DNA of 64,000 bases, taken from Terriglobus sp. (lineage in GTDB: Bacteria; Acidobacteriota; Terriglobia; Terriglobales; Acidobacteriaceae). Positions 58,869-64,000 of this stretch are shown piece after piece. The translations under genes and the position numbers were made by a program. The stretch is from NCBI GenBank assembly GCA_965199365.1, contig CBDARC010000003.1:342622-406621 (forward strand). The letters are read 5' to 3'. Every line of letters begins with the position of its first letter. Within the stretch, counting starts at the first letter, position 1. The notes beneath the pieces were generated by a model, which was not told the origin of the DNA, made no database searches, and worked only from the letters and a program-made list of their open reading frames with translations.

Positions 58869-59657
58869 ATGGCCTTCAGTATGAATAGACCGGCACTTTC
58901 GATTGCGTTGACGGCTGCTGTGACCCTGGGCCTTGTGGCGCAGGAGGCCTCACGCAACCCAAAGGCAGACGCACTGAAGCGGCCCGAAGTAGTCCGCGGC
59001 CAGGCAGTGTTTCAGGGAAACTGCGCGGCCTGCCATGGAATAAACGCCGGCGGAGGGATGGGGCCCAACCTGGTGCAGTCGTCCCTCGTGCGGCACGACG
59101 TGGCCGGCGACAGCATTGGAACCGTGGTCCACGAAGGCCGCATGGACAAAGGCATGCCTGCCTTTCCGCAGATCACCGATGCGCAGGTGAAAGATATCGC
59201 CGCGTTCCTGCACGCACGTGTCGACGCCAGCATGCGGGCCTCTGCCGGCGGCGGCAGCGCGTTCGACGGCCAGCTCAACGTTGGCGATCCAGGCGCCGGT
59301 AAGGCGTACTTCCAGGCTAAGTGCGCAAGCTGCCACAACCCTGCCGGTGACTTCGCCGGTATCGCGAAGAAGCACGATCCGGCAGAGTTGGAGTCGCTGC
59401 TACTCGCGCCCAAGCCCGGCCTGACCACAGGAACACTGACCCTCTCGAATGGAGAGAAGGTTCACGGCACGGTGCTGCACCAGGACGAGTTTTCATACAC
59501 GGTGCGCGACGCCAGCGGCAACACTCGCACTGCCGACGCGGCCAGTGGTGCCCACCTGGTAGTGGAAGACCCGCTGCGCGTTCATGACGATCTGCTGAAG
59601 ACTTACACCAACAAGGACATCCATGACGTCTTCGCCTATCTCGAAACACTCCAATAA
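58869..59657 (+). CDS. Dihaem cytochrome c
   Basis: Signal peptide; CAACH and CASCH; GMPAF; C-terminal YTNKDIHDVFAYL. Paralogue of 13038-13820. Confidence 0.9.
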   Translation: MAFSMNRPALSIALTAAVTLGLVAQEASRNPKADALKRPEVVRGQAVFQGNCAACHGINAGGGMGPNLVQSSLVRHDVAGDSIGTVVHEGRMDKGMPAFPQITDAQVKDIAAFLHARVDASMRASAGGGSAFDGQLNVGDPGAGKAYFQAKCASCHNPAGDFAGIAKKHDPAELESLLLAPKPGLTTGTLTLSNGEKVHGTVLHQDEFSYTVRDASGNTRTADAASGAHLVVEDPLRVHDDLLKTYTNKDIHDVFAYLETLQ

Positions 59658-61236
59658 AACAGGTGCCCGGGATTCTTTCCGGATCGCCCTGGTGTGTCTC
59701 GGAATGCTGCTCTCTGCAGCAGCTTTGACGTCGCAGGCGATGCCGCCGCAGAGCCTGCCGTCAGTCAGCGAGCAGTGGACGACCTACAACGGCGACCCCT
59801 CGGGACGCCGCTTCAGCACGCTGACCCAGATCGACGCGGGCAATGTTAAGTCGCTCCACCTCGCATGGGCTTACCCGACAAAGGGTCCCGCCCTCAAGGG
59901 CACACCGCTGGTTGTGGATGGCGTGATGTACTTCACTGTCCCTGACAGCACCTGGGCTGTTGACGCGGAAACAGGTGTAAAGCTGTGGCAGTTTGACCGT
60001 CCGTCGGATGGCAACAAGATTAATAATCGGGGCGTCGCCTACCTGAACGGCAAGCTGTTTCGCGGCACGCCGGACGCGCACATGCTAGCGCTGGATGCAA
60101 AGACCGGCAAGCTGATCTGGGACATCACCGTCGCCGATTCCAAGGCGTTCGGCTACTACATCGCCACCGCGCCGCTCGTGGTCAAAGACAAGATCGTGTT
60201 CGGCACGTCAGGCGATGTGGCCGACGTTCCGCACGCCATGTATGCCCTTGACTCTGAAACGGGCAAGATCCTGTGGCATGTCAGCACGATCCCAAAGCCC
60301 GGTGATCCGGGTTCCGAGACATGGCCGAGCGCCGACGCAATTGCGCACGGCGGCGGGCCCATCTGGCTGACCGGCACCTATGACCCGGCGCTGAACCTGA
60401 TGTACTGGGGCACCGGCAACCCGCATCCCGTGCTCGCCGGCAGCGTGCGCAAGGGAGCGAACCTGTACACCTGCTCCATCCTTGCCCTCGATCCAGACAC
60501 CGGCAAGATCAAGTGGTACTACCAGCCCTCACCGCATGACACGCACGACTGGGACGCCGTGGAGACACCGATTCTTTTCGACGCAACGGTTGCGGGCAAG
60601 CCACGCAAGCTGATGGCGCAGGCCAGCCGCAACGGTTACTTCTTCGTGCTGGACCGCGCCACTGGCGGGCACGTGCTTACGTCACAGTTCACAACGACCG
60701 ACTGGGCGAAGAGCCTCGACGCCAAGGGTCAGCCTATATCCGATCCTGACAAAGAGGCGCAGCCCGGCGGCGTCCTGGTGCATGGCACCGTGAATGGCGC
60801 GACCAACTGGTGGCCGCCCAGCTACAGCCCGCAGACCGGCCTCTTCTACGTCAACGCACAGCAGGGTTGGAGCTTCTGGTACTCCGCTCTGGACAAAGAA
60901 GGCAAGCCCGAAGACCACCAGGGAGGCAGTGCCGTTGCCCTGCGTGAGAGCAGCCTGCTGGTCGCCATGGATCCGGCAACCGGTAAAGCTCGATGGACAC
61001 GCGATGCCGGCTCCGGCCGGCTCGCGGCGGGCATTTTGACCACGGCAGGGCATCTGCTGTTCACCGGCGATGGCGAAGGCAACCTGCTGGCGCTCGACTC
61101 AGCAGACGGCAAGACCTTGTGGCACACCCGCACCGGCACCAACCTGAGCAACGGCCCTATCACCTACATGCTGCACGGCCGCCAATACGTCAGCATGGCC
61201 ACAGGCGACACCATGTATACCTTCACGCTGCCGTAG
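59623..61236 (+). CDS. PQQ-dehydrogenase-like beta-propeller protein (acido-empty-quinoprotein type), copy 2
   Basis: WTTYNGD.SGRRFSTL.QI, TPLVVDG.MY, NRGVA, YDP.LNL.YWGTGN, PHDTHDWDA, QASRNG and GRQYV motifs; no vicinal CC. Start uncertain. Confidence 0.85.
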   Translation: MTSSPISKHSNKTGARDSFRIALVCLGMLLSAAALTSQAMPPQSLPSVSEQWTTYNGDPSGRRFSTLTQIDAGNVKSLHLAWAYPTKGPALKGTPLVVDGVMYFTVPDSTWAVDAETGVKLWQFDRPSDGNKINNRGVAYLNGKLFRGTPDAHMLALDAKTGKLIWDITVADSKAFGYYIATAPLVVKDKIVFGTSGDVADVPHAMYALDSETGKILWHVSTIPKPGDPGSETWPSADAIAHGGGPIWLTGTYDPALNLMYWGTGNPHPVLAGSVRKGANLYTCSILALDPDTGKIKWYYQPSPHDTHDWDAVETPILFDATVAGKPRKLMAQASRNGYFFVLDRATGGHVLTSQFTTTDWAKSLDAKGQPISDPDKEAQPGGVLVHGTVNGATNWWPPSYSPQTGLFYVNAQQGWSFWYSALDKEGKPEDHQGGSAVALRESSLLVAMDPATGKARWTRDAGSGRLAAGILTTAGHLLFTGDGEGNLLALDSADGKTLWHTRTGTNLSNGPITYMLHGRQYVSMATGDTMYTFTLP

Positions 61237-61320
61237 CTTCAGGCGCCCGACGGCTTTGCGCTCCCGAGCTGGAGAGTCCGCCTGTCGACATGCACACGCC
61301 CCGGGTTACCCTTATGCGTC

Positions 61321-63060
61321 ATGCAGACTCGCCTCCGCGCCATCGTCACTGTCGTTGCATGCCTCATCTCTGGTGTGTGCGCTGCGCAGCGTACCGCGAC
61401 GCCTGACCTCGGCTCGAACGTGCTCATCTTCAGCCCGTCACAGCCCGCTGCACAGATACAGTCCGCCATCAACAAGGTCTATGCCGAGCAGGGAAACAGC
61501 GAGTTCGGCCATGGCCGCTATGCTCTTCTCTTCGCGCCCGGCGAATATCACGTTGATGTTCCCATCGGTTTCTACACCGAAGTCCGCGGCCTTGGTGATA
61601 CTCCCGACAGCGTCCGCATCATCGGCAACGTGCACTCCGACGCCAGCCGCGCGAACAACAACGCGACCTGCACCTTCTGGCGCAGCGTCGAGAACTTCTC
61701 CGTCAAGCCCACCGGCGGCATCATGCAGTGGGCCGTGTCGCAGGCGGCGCCCATGCGCCGCATGCACATCCTCGGCGACCTGGTGCTGCACCAGAAGCAC
61801 GGCTGGGCAAGCGGTGGATGGATGTCCGACACCCGCGTCGACGGCAATGTCGATTCCGGCTCGCAGCAGCAGTGGATTTCGCGCAACAGCGAATGGAAGA
61901 GCTGGACCGGCTCCAACTGGAACATGGTCTTCGTCGGTGACATAAATGCCCCGGCAACGGCATGGCCCAAACCCGGCTATACCACCATCGACCGCACGCC
62001 CGTCAGCCGTGAAAAGCCCTACCTGACGCTTGGCCCCGGCGGCCAATGGCACGTTGCGTTGCCTGCCGCACGCAGAGACACGGCAGGCACCACATGGGCG
62101 CAGCCCGGCGGCTTTTTGCCGCTGGATCGCTTCTACATCGCCCACCCGGAGAGCGACACGGCCGCGACCATGAACGCGCAACTCGCCCGAGGCAAAAACC
62201 TGCTGCTGACGCCAGGGCACTATGACCTGGCCGAGCCAATCCGAGTGATGCGCGCAGGCACGATTGTCCTGGGACTCGGCTTTGCCACGCTGCGCCCCAT
62301 CAACGGCACACCCGCGCTGATCACGGCGGACGCAGGTGGACTGACCATCGCCGGCCTGCTCATCGACGCCGGGCCGGTCACCTCGCCCGTCCTGATGCAG
62401 GTGGGTCCGCAGGGCGGCAAACACACGCCCAAGGGCTTCCCCATCCTGCTGTCAGACGTCTTCTTTCGCGACGGAGGTGAAACCGAGGGGAAGACCCTTG
62501 TCAACCTGGAGGTGAACGCGGACGACACCATCATCGATCACACCTGGATCTGGCGAGCCGACCACGGCAACGGCGTCGGCTGGGACAAGAACCTCAGCGC
62601 GGCGGGATTGGTCGTCAACGGAGATGATGTGACTGCGTACGGGCTGTTTGTGGAACACCATCAGCAGTTCCAGGTGATGTGGGATGGCGAACGCGGTCGA
62701 ACGTATCTCTACCAATCCGAGATCCCGTACGATCCGCCCACTCAGGGCGCCTATACCAGCGCGCCCGGCACCGACGGATGGGCTGCTTACAAGGTGAGCG
62801 CAGCCGTACGTGAGCACGAAGCGTGGGGACTGGGCGTGTACAGCGTCTTTACCCACCCGGACGTGTGGGTCTCGCGCGCGATTGAAGCGCCGCAGACACC
62901 CGGCGTTCGCTTCCACGACATGATCACCGTGTGCCTGCTGACCCATGGCGGCATCCGCAACATAGCAGACGACGCAGGCGGAGCGGCCACCTGCCAGCCG
63001 CGCAACTGGCCCCGACTCACCAGCTTTCCGGTTACGCCGAACGAACAACCTACACGCTGA
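61321..63060 (+). CDS. GH55 exo-beta-1,3-glucanase-like protein (bacterial type), secreted
   Basis: RYALLFAPG.Y, FWRSVEN, WAVSQAAPMRR, ASGG, SQQQW, DHTWIWRADHG, GLFVEH and QSEIPYD motifs, as in Streptomyces GH55 laminarinases. Confidence 0.82.
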   Translation: MQTRLRAIVTVVACLISGVCAAQRTATPDLGSNVLIFSPSQPAAQIQSAINKVYAEQGNSEFGHGRYALLFAPGEYHVDVPIGFYTEVRGLGDTPDSVRIIGNVHSDASRANNNATCTFWRSVENFSVKPTGGIMQWAVSQAAPMRRMHILGDLVLHQKHGWASGGWMSDTRVDGNVDSGSQQQWISRNSEWKSWTGSNWNMVFVGDINAPATAWPKPGYTTIDRTPVSREKPYLTLGPGGQWHVALPAARRDTAGTTWAQPGGFLPLDRFYIAHPESDTAATMNAQLARGKNLLLTPGHYDLAEPIRVMRAGTIVLGLGFATLRPINGTPALITADAGGLTIAGLLIDAGPVTSPVLMQVGPQGGKHTPKGFPILLSDVFFRDGGETEGKTLVNLEVNADDTIIDHTWIWRADHGNGVGWDKNLSAAGLVVNGDDVTAYGLFVEHHQQFQVMWDGERGRTYLYQSEIPYDPPTQGAYTSAPGTDGWAAYKVSAAVREHEAWGLGVYSVFTHPDVWVSRAIEAPQTPGVRFHDMITVCLLTHGGIRNIADDAGGAATCQPRNWPRLTSFPVTPNEQPTR

Positions 63061-64000
63061 GTTCGCGCACCTTGCCAGCACGATCACGCGTTACCCCAAA
63101 GAGGAATCGCCCGTCCGCATCCAGGTGCCGCACCTGCAACTCATGCGCGGACACCGACAGGTGGCTGAACCCATGCACCTCCTGCGCGTAAGGTCCGCGG
63201 TCGAGCCCGTCCTTCTGCAGGACGTACAGGTCCGCTCCGCCGCCGCCCGAGAGGAAGTGCGTCGTCGGCTCGCCACCGAACTGCAGCACCTGCAGGTCGT
63301 GGTCGTGACCCGCCATGTACAGGTCCACCTTGTGCTCGCGCAGCAGCGGAGCCCAATCGCGGATCAGCACGGCGTGGTCTCCGTGCGGCCCGTTGGAATA
63401 GATGGGATGGTGCGCCATGACGGTAAGGAACGGCAGATCGCGCGGACGCTCCAGCTGCCGCCGGAACCACACCAGCTGCTCGGCCTGCTGCTCGGGCGTC
63501 AGGTAAAAGTCGGCTCCGTGACGTGCAGCGCCATCCTTCGCTGGCATGTTGCTGTCGAGCACGATGCAGCGCATGAATGGCTTGTGCTGCGGGAAGTCAA
63601 AGGTGTACCAGCGCGCGGGCATCGTCCACCGCGTCGGCTTACCGTCGATCCCTTTGCCGGTACGCGCATACTCCAGCTCTGCTTCGAGCTTGTTCACCGT
63701 CGCGGGCAGGAACTGGTAATCGTGGTTGCCCGGCATGCTGTACGCCGGCCCCGGAAACACATCTGCCGGGTACTGCGCCTCAAACTGGTGTCGCCAGCGC
63801 GAAGAAGCCACGCCGCCAGGCAAGTCGCCGTAAAAGTTATCACCAAGCAGGAAGAGCGCGTCTACGTTCAGTCGATTGCCCCGCGCAAAGTGCTGCATGC
63901 CGCGTGCGACCTGCGACTGCGCGGCATAGTTGGCGCTGCCGCCCGCCGCCTCGAAAGCAGTCCTGTCGAGGTAGCCCCAATCGCCGAGAACCAGCGCATG
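63050..64000 (-). CDS. Calcineurin-like metallophosphoesterase (purple acid phosphatase type), 5' end off the window
   Basis: Frame open to the window edge; GDWG, LGDNFY, GNHD, AHHP and GHDH motifs. Confidence 0.9.
   Translation of the reverse strand, partial: HALVLGDWGYLDRTAFEAAGGSANYAAQSQVARGMQHFARGNRLNVDALFLLGDNFYGDLPGGVASSRWRHQFEAQYPADVFPGPAYSMPGNHDYQFLPATVNKLEAELEYARTGKGIDGKPTRWTMPARWYTFDFPQHKPFMRCIVLDSNMPAKDGAARHGADFYLTPEQQAEQLVWFRRQLERPRDLPFLTVMAHHPIYSNGPHGDHAVLIRDWAPLLREHKVDLYMAGHDHDLQVLQFGGEPTTHFLSGGGGADLYVLQKDGLDRGPYAQEVHGFSHLSVSAHELQVRHLDADGRFLFGVTRDRAGKVRELSV

Noticed and set aside
1-64000. CRISPR array, prophage, IS element or defence system
   Set aside because: No regularly spaced repeats and no cas, transposase, integrase, phage structural or recognisable defence genes were seen.

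Overview
GC-rich bacterial chromosomal window, most likely Acidobacteriaceae (Terriglobus/Granulicella-like). This is inferred from the Oar-type TonB-dependent receptors, the cytochrome c plus quinoprotein-like gene pairs, a DUF5715 gene and a GGGTGCCCCACATC-type palindrome. The window mixes housekeeping genes (rpsU at the left edge, ackA-xfp, queE, lepB, tRNA-Cys, recG, trpE, purS, ppa, rlpA, obgE) with many secreted hydrolases (GH125, GH43, GH55, carboxylesterase, Ntn acylase, M1 peptidase). No CRISPR array, integrase, transposase or prophage gene was recognised. The main finding is an unannotated candidate cysteine-sensing attenuator at 33160-33364 (minus strand). A TTGACA-N17-TATTGT promoter points at a probably leaderless 21-22 codon ORF (MTTRFISTLCCRCCCCAQAGS). 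This is followed by a competing antiterminator/terminator pair and then a 1-Cys peroxiredoxin, tRNA-Cys(GCA) and an HD-domain gene on the same strand. All calls come from reading the sequence and motifs by eye; no database searches or folding programs were run.
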